Below, piece after piece: positions 47,657 through 57,631 of a stretch of DNA of 64,000 nucleotides. Below the pieces are notes generated by a model that did no database searches, had not been told where the DNA came from, and was given only the letters and a program-made list of their open reading frames with translations. Each line of letters begins with the position of its first letter. Positions within the stretch are counted from its first letter, which is position 1. The stretch is taken from positions 1,595,593 through 1,659,592 of the forward strand of contig OY970338.1 of assembly GCA_963717515.1 (NCBI GenBank), read 5' to 3'. This DNA is from an uncultured Candidatus Woesearchaeota archaeon. Lineage in GTDB: Archaea > Nanobdellota > Nanobdellia > Woesearchaeales > DSVV01. The position numbers were made by a program, and so were the translations under genes.

Positions 47657-48937
47657 TCAATCAGACAGGTATTCATCCGGCGTTATCCTCTCGTTTATCT
47701 CGCCCCTCAGGTTCTTAGGCAATAGCTCTCTGACTTTTTCCTTCGGGTAGTTTCCCATGAGCCAGGACAATTTCATGAACGCTGTCTCTGGGAGAATGTC
47801 CTCGCAGAATATCACACCGATGTCACGCAGCCTCCTGAGGTTCGAATAAACATCTGCATGCACCCTGCCGTAGATGCACTGGGATGTCATGGCGACAATC
47901 CCTCCTGATTCGATATATTTTTTTAGTATTTCGTAATTTTTCAGGTTGTCCTGCCCCAGATTTGTCGGGGCATGGCCGAGGCCTGTGCCTTCTATGACGA
48001 TTGCTTGGTAATTCTTCGCGTAAAATCTGACAAGCTTAGGTGAAAGGCCTGGGTGGGTCTTGAGCAGTCCGACTCCGTTGCTCATCTTATTCTTGAGCAG
48101 AATCCCGTCTGGCTTATCAGGATAATCTTTCACCTGCTCAATCTTTCCGGTCTCATAATACACATATGCATAAGGCTTGTCATTGACTGCCCTGAAGGCA
48201 TCCCTCCTGCTCGTGTGCATCTTCCTTGCCTTTGTGCCTGCGATTATTGCACACCTGTCGTCGCTGCTCGAGTCGTGCATGCATGTCGCTACACCGGAAA
48301 AATCAGTCTTTGCTATGAAATTCGCAGCGCATATGAGGTTCTGCACAGCGTCTGTCGAGCCCCTGTCCGAAGACCTCTGGGAGCCGACGAGGAGCAATGG
48401 GATATTGAGCTTTTCGAACATGAACGATAATGCTGCTGCGGTATAGCCAAGGGTGTCTGTGCCGTGGCCGATTATCACGCCTTTCACACCGTCTGATGCA
48501 TGTCTCTTGACAGCCTTTGCAATCTTCTCATGGTCAGAGAAACCCATGTCCTCGCTCATCATGTTCGCGACAAGCTCTGTCTTGATATTTGCTATTTTTG
48601 CAAGTTCAGGCACCATCTCAATCAGATCCTCTGCTGAGAACTTGGCTGATACGCCCCCTGTCTCATAGTCCACTTTTGATGCTATTGTCCCGCCTGTGTG
48701 GAGCACTGCGATAGTGGGCTTGTTTTTATCAGGCTTCAGATTTTTTTTCACATTTATTTTTGCGTTTGGTGAACCGAGAATATCGATCTTCTTTATCTTC
48801 TTTTTGTCGATGCCTATATTGTACCCGCTCTCAAGCTTAAGTACAAGTGAATCAGACTGCTCATTGGGCATCATGAGCCCTTCATGGCTGTCATTCTTAG
48901 TTGCCACCCTCACCCTGTCGCCTGGTTTTGCTTCCAT
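47657..48937 (-). CDS. gatD: Glutamyl-tRNA(Gln) amidotransferase subunit D
   Basis: N-terminal GDRVRV...GLMMP...LVLKLESGYNIGI plus an asparaginase-like domain (TGGTIAS, GHGTDT). Confidence 0.85.
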   Translation of the reverse strand: MEAKPGDRVRVATKNDSHEGLMMPNEQSDSLVLKLESGYNIGIDKKKIKKIDILGSPNAKINVKKNLKPDKNKPTIAVLHTGGTIASKVDYETGGVSAKFSAEDLIEMVPELAKIANIKTELVANMMSEDMGFSDHEKIAKAVKRHASDGVKGVIIGHGTDTLGYTAAALSFMFEKLNIPLLLVGSQRSSDRGSTDAVQNLICAANFIAKTDFSGVATCMHDSSSDDRCAIIAGTKARKMHTSRRDAFRAVNDKPYAYVYYETGKIEQVKDYPDKPDGILLKNKMSNGVGLLKTHPGLSPKLVRFYAKNYQAIVIEGTGLGHAPTNLGQDNLKNYEILKKYIESGGIVAMTSQCIYGRVHADVYSNLRRLRDIGVIFCEDILPETAFMKLSWLMGNYPKEKVRELLPKNLRGEINERITPDEYLSD

Positions 48938-48976
48938 GAGAATGTCTATATCCTGTCTCTATTTAAAATTTTTTGT

Positions 48977-49303
48977 TTAATCAGGCACCTCGCCCTTGAT
49001 GAACCGATAGTATAGATGATAGAGGCTGCATGACAGCGTATAGGGCAGGATTGCGACTATGAAGATAAGATAGAGCACCTGGTAGATGTAATCACCGATA
49101 AGAAATCCCAGGTAATATGTGTTTGTATCCGGGTCAGGGTTGATGGGGCACAGCCCTATGTGCGGCGGGGAATCGAAGACTTTGCAGGGGACTATGCTGA
49201 CATATGAAAAGAGGGGCACTAAGAGCTTGAACACAAGCCCGATGCATATGAGAGTAAGGCTGATGTTTATGATGTTCGGCTTGTAGAAAGTCTTTATCTT
49301 CAT
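48977..49303 (-). CDS. Hypothetical membrane protein
   Basis: ORF of 108 aa with three predicted TM helices. Confidence 0.35.
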   Translation of the reverse strand: MKIKTFYKPNIINISLTLICIGLVFKLLVPLFSYVSIVPCKVFDSPPHIGLCPINPDPDTNTYYLGFLIGDYIYQVLYLIFIVAILPYTLSCSLYHLYYRFIKGEVPD

Positions 49304-49341
49304 CAGGTATTTTCATTTCAGCAGTCATATATAAATATTCC

Positions 49342-49893
49342 TCAAAACCCTTTCCTCTTCTTAAGAAAATCCACAAGCCCGTCAGGCAGAATAGGCGACC
49401 CTTCTTTTACCACGTACCTGAACGGCAGTATGACTGACTCGCCGTCCCTTATGTCAATCTCAATGTCATCCTGGAACTCCAGTTCAGACATCTTCCCTCC
49501 ATGCTTTATGTGCTCTGCCACATACACTGCAGTGTCTGTCGAGAACTGCGCCTTTCCCAGGTTCCTCCTCTCTGCATCGATGTCAAGCTCAGCACCCGTC
49601 CTCTTCTGCATGGGCTCATCGCCGAGGATCCCGCCGAGGACAAGATAGTCAAAATGATCATCAGAAGAAAGGGTCTTCTTTGCAAACGGGTCAAGGACGC
49701 AGGCATTCTTAAGCCCTAACTCCTTCACTCTCCCTGTGCTGACAGTGCCATAAGACTCAAGCTTGGTGGCATCCTTCTCCCTGATGTTTGTGAAGATTAC
49801 ATTCGCCCTGCCTGCGATATCAGAGATATGGACATACTCGAGCATGCACCACCGAAAGAGCCTCGGCTCAAGGTGCTCAATCACATATCTCAT
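49342..49893 (-). CDS. Hypothetical protein (weak resemblance to Tsr3-like/SPOUT RNA-modification enzymes)
   Basis: From MRYVIEH. Block CVLDPFAKKTLSSDD resembles VVLDPFA.ITLS of Tsr3-like proteins. Low confidence. Confidence 0.35.
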   Translation of the reverse strand: MRYVIEHLEPRLFRWCMLEYVHISDIAGRANVIFTNIREKDATKLESYGTVSTGRVKELGLKNACVLDPFAKKTLSSDDHFDYLVLGGILGDEPMQKRTGAELDIDAERRNLGKAQFSTDTAVYVAEHIKHGGKMSELEFQDDIEIDIRDGESVILPFRYVVKEGSPILPDGLVDFLKKRKGF

Positions 49894-49897
49894 AGAA

Positions 49898-50209
49898 TTA
49901 CCCTGATTCCTTGATCGCCCGGTTGATGTCAAAGGTATCCTGCTCAATATCTGTACTGCTGCAGTATGGGCATCTCAAGGCAATATTTGAGCCGACCTTG
50001 CGCGTGAACTTGTAGTGGCATTTCATGCAGATGTATTTCTCGAAATCCCTGTTGGGCCTTGCAGGCTGTGATCCACTGCTCTTCCTGACAGTTATCTCAA
50101 TGCCCTTCTTCTCATCAGGGCGCCCGCCTTCCTTGTCCACAGGCCTAATTATCAGCTTGTCCTCATCATCATCCTGACGAATCTTTATCTTGTCCATGGC
50201 AATCTGCAT
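49898..50209 (-). CDS. Small zinc-ribbon protein
   Basis: CMKCHYKF...CPYCSS C4 ribbon with an acidic N-terminus. Confidence 0.4.
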   Translation of the reverse strand: MQIAMDKIKIRQDDDEDKLIIRPVDKEGGRPDEKKGIEITVRKSSGSQPARPNRDFEKYICMKCHYKFTRKVGSNIALRCPYCSSTDIEQDTFDINRAIKESG

Positions 50210-50233
50210 AAAAGTCCAAGTATAAAAAATTTA

Positions 50234-50548
50234 CTATTGGGCAGGTTCCTCTCTCCTGATATCATGGCTTTCCAGGGATGCCTCGACATCGTCCCTGAAC
50301 CTGGGATTGATGTTATCTAGAGCCCAGACAGACTTATCCCTGACTGAATAATTGATCTTCTCATCCTCGATGCGCTTGACAAGCTTCTTTCTGGACAGGA
50401 TGTTCCCGTCCCGGACCAAGGCACCCTCAGCAAGTACGTCAGTCTTGAGCTCGAGGCTGAGCACCTGCTTGTCCCGCCTTCCTTCCTCCCTGAAATGATA
50501 AGAACTTACAGCAGTGTACGGGCAAAAAATAGACATACCTGGAGACAT
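50234..50548 (-). CDS. Hypothetical protein (possibly the C-terminal part of a frameshifted gene with 50439..50837)
   Basis: ORF only. Overlaps the next ORF by 110 nt in another frame. Confidence 0.3.
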   Translation of the reverse strand: MSPGMSIFCPYTAVSSYHFREEGRRDKQVLSLELKTDVLAEGALVRDGNILSRKKLVKRIEDEKINYSVRDKSVWALDNINPRFRDDVEASLESHDIRREEPAQ

Positions 50549-50837
50549 TCTTGTCGAAAAGTATCATTCCATGGAGCAGGAATATAAGATGCTGCCACCT
50601 GGAATTAACATAGGCCTTCTCAAAGTCGTTCTCTTGAAGCCTGAATCCGCTGATTAGGTTCTTGATGGTCCTGCTTGGTTTTTTCCTGATGTAAATCTTG
50701 CCTTTGCTGATGAGCGGGTATATGCCTATGTAGTAAGTCAAGAGGATTGTCAGAAGGACAGTAAGTATGGCGACGATGTATAGTACAGGGATAGCGATGC
50801 TCTCAGGCATTGGCATACAATAAGAATTCAATATCAA
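50439..50837 (-). CDS. Hypothetical membrane-anchored protein (C-terminal 30 aa low-complexity, probably out of frame)
   Basis: N-terminal TM helix. C-terminal GGRKAGQAGAQPRAQD looks like a frame artefact. Confidence 0.3.
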   Translation of the reverse strand: MILNSYCMPMPESIAIPVLYIVAILTVLLTILLTYYIGIYPLISKGKIYIRKKPSRTIKNLISGFRLQENDFEKAYVNSRWQHLIFLLHGMILFDKNVSRYVYFLPVHCCKFLSFQGGRKAGQAGAQPRAQD

Positions 50838-50859
50838 AATATAAAAAATTTACTAAAAA

Positions 50860-53364
50860 TCAGCCCATATAGGTCGGCTTCTCATCCTGCATCTCCTTGC
50901 TTTTGGCCTGGCTGAAATGCTTCTTCATGGACTCATAGGACTTCTCTATATCATCAGTTATGCTCGGACGGACTTTCTCAAGGGCCTTGTCAAAGTATTT
51001 AGCCGAAACCTCTTTTACATCCATGCTGTCCCTCAGCGCCAGGATTGCTGCTTCCCTGCATACAGCCTCGATGTCTGCTCCGACATACCCTTTGGTCTTC
51101 TTCGCAAGGACCTTGAAATCCACATCCTTCAAAGGCATCGACTTTGCATGTATCCTGAATATCTCTTCCCTTGACTTCTCATCAGGAGCATTTGCAAGGA
51201 CTATCCTGTCGAACCTGCCTGGACGAAGCATCGCAGTATCGAGCATGTCAGGCCTGTTCGTGGCTGCGATTATCACGACCTCATCGAGATTTTCAAGCCC
51301 GTCCATCTCTGTCAGCAGCTGGTTGACGACATTCTCTGAGCTCTGCGAGCCGAAGTCGCGCCCTCTTCTCGGGGCCAGGCTCTCTATCTCATCAAAGAAG
51401 ATTATCGTCGGTGCTGTCTGCCTTGCCTTCTTGAATATCTTTCTTACAGCCTTCTCCGACTCACCGACCCACTTCGACAGGAGTTCAGGGCCCTTTACAG
51501 GGATGAAATTCGCCTGCGACTCTGTGGCTACAGCCCGGGCAAGAAATGTCTTCCCCGTGCCTGGCGCACCATAGATGAGGACGCCTGACGGCGGAGATAC
51601 CCCAAGTCTCTTGAATGCTCCGGGATGCTTTAGCGGCCATTCAACAGCCTCTATGAGCTCCTGCTTGACATCCTCAAGACCGCCTATGTCGCTCCATTTA
51701 ACGTTCGGCACCTCGACAAGGACCTCTCGCATGGCGGATGGCCTCACGACCTTGAGAGATTCCTTGAAATCATTCATATTTATCTGAAGCTTCTCGAGCA
51801 CCTCTTTTGGAATCGCCTCGTCCTCCTCGAGCTTTAGGTCAGGAAGGAGCCTCCTGAGAACTACCATAGCAGCTTCTTTTGCCAGGGAGGACAGGTCAGC
51901 ACCTACGAATCCATATGTGATGGATGCCAGGCTCTGAAGATTGACTATCTTGGAATTTTTATTGATGGTATCAATGTATCTCTTCAGTTTCACATTGTCC
52001 AGATTCTTGAAAAGGACAGACTTGTCAGGATTGTCCTTGAGGTATTTGCTTATCGTTTTATCAAGATTCTTTGAATTGAAAAGGTCCATGTTCCGTGAGG
52101 CATTAAGCAGAAGGTCTATGGCTTTCTTATAGGGCATATCATCCTTTTCAAATTTAATCTCGTTCAGTGAATTCACCTTGGAATACAAGGGCATGTTCCT
52201 GGTGTGGATCTTCAGGATGCCGAGCCTTCCCTGCTTGTTGGGAACGCCAATCTCAATCTCCCTGTCGAACCTTCCCGGCCTTCTCAGGGCAGGATCAAGC
52301 GAGTCCGGTATGTTCGTAGCTGCGATGACGACTACCTTGCCCCGTGACTGCAGACCGTCCATCTGGGCGAGGAGCTGGGCAACTACCCTCCTTTCCACCT
52401 CACCGTATGATTCCTCCCTCTTAGGGGCGATTGCGTCAATCTCGTCTATGAATATTATCGAAGGTGCGTTCTTCTCAGCATCCTCAAACTTCTTCCTCAC
52501 ATTCGCTTCGCTCTGGCCGTAGAATTTTGACATTATCTCAGGCCCGTTAATGACTGAGAAATTGGAAGCTGTCTCGTTCGCGACCGCTTTTGCGAGCAGG
52601 GTCTTTCCTGTGCCCGGCGGACCGTGGAGCAGGACGCCTTTCGGCGGCTCGATGCCGAGCCTCTCGAATATCTCCGGGTGCTTGAGGGGAAGCTCGACCA
52701 TCTCCCTTATCTTCTTAATCTCGTCCTGGAGCCCGCCGATGTCTTCATATGTCACCTCGAGGACCTTGTCCTCTGTGACATCGATGGCTTCAGGGTTGAA
52801 GACTACCTCTGTGATGTCTGAAATGACCACAGCCTGGTTTGGCTTTGCGTCTGCGACGATGAACTTGATGTCTGAGAACCCCAGTCCCGGGAGGTCGAAA
52901 GGCAGGTCTGAGAATATGTCATTGTACATGGGGGAGTCCTCCATGGTCGTCATTCGCCTTGACACCCCTCCAAGGGATACGATGTCGCCTTTCATGACAG
53001 CCCTTCCGAGAAGCCCTCTCTTGAATATGGCAGGCGATGCCCTGACGTGGATCCCTTTCTGGACAGGGGCTATCACGACCTTCTTTGCCTCGACGACATC
53101 TGCCTTGCTTATGACCACTGTCTCGCCTATCCCTGTCTTTGCATTCCTCCTGACAATGCCGTCCATCCTTATGATGTTGAGCCCTATGTCGCCGGGATAT
53201 GCCCTGTCTGCTATGCCTACTGTCTTTCTCTCGCCTGCTATCTGGACGATGTCTCCCGGCCTGATGCCTATCTGGAGCATGAAACTGTTGTCTATCCTGA
53301 CTATGCCCTTGTTCACGTCATCCTGGATTGCCTCGGCAACCTTTAGTCTCAATTCTCCTGCCAT
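50860..53364 (-). CDS. cdc48: Cdc48/VCP-like AAA+ ATPase (double AAA with N-domain)
   Basis: Two Walker A sites ([15 protein letters not shown]; [15 protein letters not shown]), two Walker B sites (IIFIDEID; IIFFDEIE), SRH regions, and an N-terminal double-psi barrel. Confidence 0.9.
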   Translation of the reverse strand: MAGELRLKVAEAIQDDVNKGIVRIDNSFMLQIGIRPGDIVQIAGERKTVGIADRAYPGDIGLNIIRMDGIVRRNAKTGIGETVVISKADVVEAKKVVIAPVQKGIHVRASPAIFKRGLLGRAVMKGDIVSLGGVSRRMTTMEDSPMYNDIFSDLPFDLPGLGFSDIKFIVADAKPNQAVVISDITEVVFNPEAIDVTEDKVLEVTYEDIGGLQDEIKKIREMVELPLKHPEIFERLGIEPPKGVLLHGPPGTGKTLLAKAVANETASNFSVINGPEIMSKFYGQSEANVRKKFEDAEKNAPSIIFIDEIDAIAPKREESYGEVERRVVAQLLAQMDGLQSRGKVVVIAATNIPDSLDPALRRPGRFDREIEIGVPNKQGRLGILKIHTRNMPLYSKVNSLNEIKFEKDDMPYKKAIDLLLNASRNMDLFNSKNLDKTISKYLKDNPDKSVLFKNLDNVKLKRYIDTINKNSKIVNLQSLASITYGFVGADLSSLAKEAAMVVLRRLLPDLKLEEDEAIPKEVLEKLQINMNDFKESLKVVRPSAMREVLVEVPNVKWSDIGGLEDVKQELIEAVEWPLKHPGAFKRLGVSPPSGVLIYGAPGTGKTFLARAVATESQANFIPVKGPELLSKWVGESEKAVRKIFKKARQTAPTIIFFDEIESLAPRRGRDFGSQSSENVVNQLLTEMDGLENLDEVVIIAATNRPDMLDTAMLRPGRFDRIVLANAPDEKSREEIFRIHAKSMPLKDVDFKVLAKKTKGYVGADIEAVCREAAILALRDSMDVKEVSAKYFDKALEKVRPSITDDIEKSYESMKKHFSQAKSKEMQDEKPTYMG

Positions 53365-53414
53365 GGTATCACCTGGTAATGATTACTAATAGATAAATCT
53401 TCTGGAAAAGAAGC

Positions 53415-53825
53415 CTATTGCTTAATCTGGACCTTGGGAAGAGGCACAGACGGGGGAAGGTTGACATCCCTGCTGATTATGAGCGCCTGCACATTGCATC
53501 TTGTAAGCACTGTGTTCAGGACAGTCCCCATCACATTCTGGGGCAGCTTCTTGTTCTTTTTCCATTCATCAAGGATGGACTTTGCGCCTTTCTCGTCAGC
53601 GAGGAACAGCAGGTCGCCCTCAAGCTCGATATTGCCTATCTTCGGCTCGTAGTTTGATATGTAGTTGAACATTATCTTCACACCCTGCTGCTTGTCCTTC
53701 CCAAGAGACAGGTCTGCTTTCTCCACATCCTTGAGATTGACCCTGTTGCTGATGTTTATCTTGCCCTTTATCGGGGCTGTCTTCTCAGCGTGTATCTTTG
53801 AAAAATTGAACCCTACAACTGCCAT
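53415..53825 (-). CDS. Hypothetical protein
   Basis: ORF of 136 aa downstream of cdc48. No family recognised. Confidence 0.4.
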   Translation of the reverse strand: MAVVGFNFSKIHAEKTAPIKGKINISNRVNLKDVEKADLSLGKDKQQGVKIMFNYISNYEPKIGNIELEGDLLFLADEKGAKSILDEWKKNKKLPQNVMGTVLNTVLTRCNVQALIISRDVNLPPSVPLPKVQIKQ

Positions 53826-53943
53826 ATTTCATCACCTGGTATTTTTTTAAATCGGATATCCGTATACTATATAAAGGTTTTGGAAGAGGCAATTCTATGA
53901 TTTTCCCTATATCAAATCATTTAAATATGATAGTAGTTTCACG

Positions 53944-54864
53944 ATGCATAAGATGAAGAAAGTCAGCCAGATGAAGATTGCCAAGGGCATGGATGTGGGC
54001 GCGCTTGTCCGGGAGATGGAGAAGAGCGGGGTGTTCGGAGCCGGAAGGATAGCGAGGGCAGCGTCCATATTGAGGAAGATGCATTCTGACAGGCAATGCA
54101 CGGTCTTTCTCGGGCTGGCTGGAGCGCTCGTCCCCGGCGGCATGAAGAACGTGATAATAGACATGCTAAAAGGCGGCTATGCAGACGTGCTGGTGACGAC
54201 CGGTGCGAACCTCACCCATGACCTTGTCGAGGCCCTCGGACACAATCATTTCCAGGGCAATGCCGATGTCGACGACAAGAAACTGTTCAAGAAGAAGATC
54301 GACAGGATATACGACTCGTTCATGCCGAACGAGGTCTACGGCACGATGGAGGATTTCTTCAACAAGCATTTTGATTCTCTTTCCATGGAGAAGACCATAA
54401 CAGGATTCCTGCAAAAGCTTGGCAGCCTCGTTCCAAAAAAGGATTCCATCCTCAGGGTCTGCCACGACAGGAAGATCCCTGTGTTCTGCCCGGCGATCTC
54501 CGACTCGGGCATCGGCCTGATGATGTGGGGGCACCTTGCCCAGGGCAAGACAGTCGAGACAGGGGCGTTCGACGACCTCAGGGAGATGATGAGCATCGCC
54601 TGGGACACGAAGAAGGCAGGGGTCATATATCTCGGCGGGGGAGTGCCCAAGAACTATATCCAGCAGGCGATGCAGTTCGCGCCGAAAGGGGCTGACTACG
54701 GCATCCAGGTGACCATGGACAGGCCTGAGCCAGGGGGCTCGAGCGGGGCAGAGCTGCGCGAGGGCATATCCTGGGGAAAGATGTCAGGGAAAGGTAATTT
54801 CGTGGACGTGATATGCGACGTCACCATCGCCCTGCCGCTCATTTACGGGGCTGCGTTGTCATAG
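53944..54864 (+). CDS. dys: Deoxyhypusine synthase
   Basis: CTVFLGLAGALVPGG, VLVTTGANLTHDL and GGGVPKN blocks. 306 aa. Confidence 0.85.
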   Translation: MHKMKKVSQMKIAKGMDVGALVREMEKSGVFGAGRIARAASILRKMHSDRQCTVFLGLAGALVPGGMKNVIIDMLKGGYADVLVTTGANLTHDLVEALGHNHFQGNADVDDKKLFKKKIDRIYDSFMPNEVYGTMEDFFNKHFDSLSMEKTITGFLQKLGSLVPKKDSILRVCHDRKIPVFCPAISDSGIGLMMWGHLAQGKTVETGAFDDLREMMSIAWDTKKAGVIYLGGGVPKNYIQQAMQFAPKGADYGIQVTMDRPEPGGSSGAELREGISWGKMSGKGNFVDVICDVTIALPLIYGAALS

Positions 54865-55341
54865 CCTGTGCATGCCTGTGCCCAGGGCGACAAGATAAGG
54901 CACAAGGAACAAGACAATGAATATTATTATCACTTCAGGGACATTGTAAGTAAGCGGTGCCCTGAAAGCATTGTTGAGATTCTCTGCGATTGTCATTATT
55001 ATGGCTATGTCCAAGACAGCAAGCGCCGGGATGAAAATGCCTGCCACGATCGTATGGCGCTGCTTGAGATGCTCAAGCCCGAGCATCAGCAGGTTGAACA
55101 GGAACCCGAACACAAGACCGAAAATGCCGACAGCAAGATAGAGCCTCAGCCCTTCAAAGAACATCAGGAATGGTATGAGGAAAAGGCATGCGATGAAATT
55201 GAACACTGCAAGGATTGCAAGCGATGTCCAGTACACGAATGTATCGAGCTTCTCTGTGACCTTCCTGTTGTGCATGTCCCTGTGCTTTCTCAGATTCTCA
55301 GAAGATTCCTTCATGAGCTGTGCGCTGGATTTCTTTTTCAT
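54859..55341 (-). CDS. Hypothetical integral membrane protein
   Basis: 160 aa with four or five predicted TM helices. Confidence 0.4.
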   Translation of the reverse strand: MKKKSSAQLMKESSENLRKHRDMHNRKVTEKLDTFVYWTSLAILAVFNFIACLFLIPFLMFFEGLRLYLAVGIFGLVFGFLFNLLMLGLEHLKQRHTIVAGIFIPALAVLDIAIIMTIAENLNNAFRAPLTYNVPEVIIIFIVLFLVPYLVALGTGMHRL

Positions 55342-55386
55342 GCTGCATAATCGGGATGGATTATTATTTAAATCTTTTTAAAAAAG

Positions 55387-56175
55387 CTAGCTGCTGAAAC
55401 CAAGCCTGTCCATGATGTCTGAGAATGCAGAAACCTTCTCCTTTTCCTCAAGCTGCTCGACATACTTCGTGCCTATCAGCATGCTGGCAAGCTTCTTGTA
55501 GCTGACGGATGCAGGGCTGTTCGGATCAGAGACAATGGAGGGCGTATTCCTCTGCAATGAGCTGCTTATCTCCCTGTCCTCGGGAATTATCCCTATGATG
55601 GGTTTTCCCAGGAATTCAGAGATATTCTCTGTCTTCATCTCATAATCCTCTCCCTTCTGCCTGTTCACGACCACACCGAACACTTTCTTCTCAAGCTCCT
55701 CTGCAAGCCTGACAAGCTTCAGGCTCCCTGTTACAGAAACGAGGTCAGGGGTCGTGATTATCAGCACATAGTCCGATACCCGTATCACTGTCCGTGCATC
55801 CTGGCCAAAGCCAGGAGTCGAATCGATTATAACCGTCTCAGCGGTTCCCATCAGGTCGTATATGACATTCATCAGGTTCTTGGTCTTTGCCTCCCTCCCT
55901 TCCTTATATGAGATGTCCCCGGGGATTATCCTTATGCCTGTGGGATGCCTGTATACGCTCTCGCGGATATTGTGCTTTCCCTTGAGCGCAGAATGGAGGT
56001 TCTTGTCTGTCCGGGGCACGCCCAGGTGGATGCCCATGTCAGGGTTGGCGAAATTCGCATCAAGAGCAATCACATTCCTCCTGAAGAAGTCCATGGCAGA
56101 TGCCAGGTTTATTGCTGTTGTCGTCTTGCCGACCCCGCCCTTGGCGGATATGATCCCGATAAATTTAGTCATCAT
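55387..56175 (-). CDS. MinD/ParA-family deviant Walker A ATPase
   Basis: SAKGGVGKTTTAINLA deviant Walker A. 262 aa. The C-terminal amphipathic segment is acidic in the last 70 residues. Confidence 0.85.
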   Translation of the reverse strand: MMTKFIGIISAKGGVGKTTTAINLASAMDFFRRNVIALDANFANPDMGIHLGVPRTDKNLHSALKGKHNIRESVYRHPTGIRIIPGDISYKEGREAKTKNLMNVIYDLMGTAETVIIDSTPGFGQDARTVIRVSDYVLIITTPDLVSVTGSLKLVRLAEELEKKVFGVVVNRQKGEDYEMKTENISEFLGKPIIGIIPEDREISSSLQRNTPSIVSDPNSPASVSYKKLASMLIGTKYVEQLEEKEKVSAFSDIMDRLGFSS

Positions 56176-56617
56176 AGGTCTCTTCGAGATACTCGATGAG
56201 CTCTTTTGCCCTGGCGTAGTATTCAGTGACCTTGTCTATGTTGATAGTTATGTCTTCTCCCTCAATCTTCACTATCATGCCGACATGCCTCCTGTATTCA
56301 TTTATCTTCTCGTACTTGGTCCTTAGGATCGCCCTCTGGAGCATGTACTCTTTGACAGCCAGGAGTATCCGGTCATCTTCCTCGTAGAATTTCTCGAGCT
56401 CTTCGCACCGCAGCTTAGGAGCTGTCGGTATCTCAGCTATCTTCCCCTCATCAAGGATCTTCTGGAGCAGTGCCTCTGCCACGAAGTCGAATGAGCTGAT
56501 GAGCCTGTCCAGCACATTCCTTATCACATCGACTGTGCGTGTGTATTTCAGGCTGACATAGATAAGATGGTCAACCCTCTTGAGCTCTTCCTTGGCGTTC
56601 TTAAGCAGGTCTTTCAT
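56165..56617 (-). CDS. Helical protein of unknown function (paralog A), operonic with MinD/ParA
   Basis: 150 aa, all-helical prediction. 11-nt overlap with the MinD gene. Paralogous to 56601..57083 (shared L.NAK..L..VDH...V.Y block). Confidence 0.45.
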   Translation of the reverse strand: MKDLLKNAKEELKRVDHLIYVSLKYTRTVDVIRNVLDRLISSFDFVAEALLQKILDEGKIAEIPTAPKLRCEELEKFYEEDDRILLAVKEYMLQRAILRTKYEKINEYRRHVGMIVKIEGEDITINIDKVTEYYARAKELIEYLEETYDD

Positions 56618-57083
56618 TTATCCTCACCATGTTTTCAGTCTCCCTTATGAATGCCTTTGCCTTCTCGATATATGCCTTGATGTTCTCGATCGATATCACT
56701 TTGAGCCTGTAATTGTCCGAGCATATCACGAACTTGTCCTGCCTGCGGAATTCCACCGGGCTCTTCTTGTGCTCTGCAAGGATGTTCTTGATGTCCTGTA
56801 TAAGCGTGATATACTCTATGTTTATGTTATAGCGCCTTGTTATGCGGGCCTTGAACGCATTGAACATGCTGTCGAAGTCCTCCTGGAACGGCGGTATCCT
56901 CTTGTACATCCTCTCGTAATGGAGTACTGTCGCAAGGGTGTATTTCAGCGATGTGTTTATCCTCTCTAATATCGCGAGGAGGAGCTTGGGGTCGCTTACG
57001 ACCTTGTAGGTGACATTCATCATGTGATCAGCGACCTGCAGGGTCTTTTTTGCGTTTTGCAGAGCCAGCTCGTGTTTTTCCAT
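56601..57083 (-). CDS. Helical protein of unknown function (paralog B), operonic with MinD/ParA
   Basis: 160 aa. 17-nt overlap with paralog A. Confidence 0.45.
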   Translation of the reverse strand: MEKHELALQNAKKTLQVADHMMNVTYKVVSDPKLLLAILERINTSLKYTLATVLHYERMYKRIPPFQEDFDSMFNAFKARITRRYNINIEYITLIQDIKNILAEHKKSPVEFRRQDKFVICSDNYRLKVISIENIKAYIEKAKAFIRETENMVRINERPA

Positions 57084-57132
57084 ATTGAGAATAAGGGATT
57101 AAGTGAAATTCCTATATAAAGCTTTGTATATT

Positions 57133-57543
57133 TCAGATCTCTTCGACTGTCGAGAATATGCTCTCGAGACCCGGGCCCAGGGCATCGTCGTCAGCGACCT
57201 TGTCATGCAGGCTAGGCCGGATAATCCACTTCTTCTCTGTCGCTGAATCAGGGTTGACGAAATATATGGTCAGGCGGGGGAATTTCGCCAGCGCATGCCA
57301 GTTCTGGAGCAGGTGCTTTAGGTTGAACCTGGTGTTGAGGGTCACGATTGCGGCCGGCGTGTCCTTGAGCTTTGATATCACATCAGACAGGTCAGGGCTA
57401 ATCAGGTACTTTTCATCTCCTGCCTTGCGCCTGACTACAACCTCGCTTCCCTTCTCATCGATTGCAGTAATCGACTTGGTGAAGGAATCCCTAAACCTCA
57501 GAAAATCCACCAGCCATCTCCCAAGGTCTATCTGCTTTTTCAT
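57133..57543 (-). CDS. Hypothetical protein, first gene of the putative MinD operon
   Basis: ORF of 136 aa lying 50 nt upstream of paralog B. An AT-rich promoter with a TATA-like box precedes it. Confidence 0.4.
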   Translation of the reverse strand: MKKQIDLGRWLVDFLRFRDSFTKSITAIDEKGSEVVVRRKAGDEKYLISPDLSDVISKLKDTPAAIVTLNTRFNLKHLLQNWHALAKFPRLTIYFVNPDSATEKKWIIRPSLHDKVADDDALGPGLESIFSTVEEI

Positions 57544-57631
57544 GCTATGTGCAGTCTGGATTTCTTTATTTAAATATTATGGTTTTACATCCTTCGATAG
57601 ATTTATTAATGTTTCCTGATTCTATTCCTGA

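Noticed and set aside
52550-53389. 279-aa plus-strand ORF inside cdc48
   Set aside because: It is antisense to a gene with two complete AAA modules, and its translation is S/T/M-rich.
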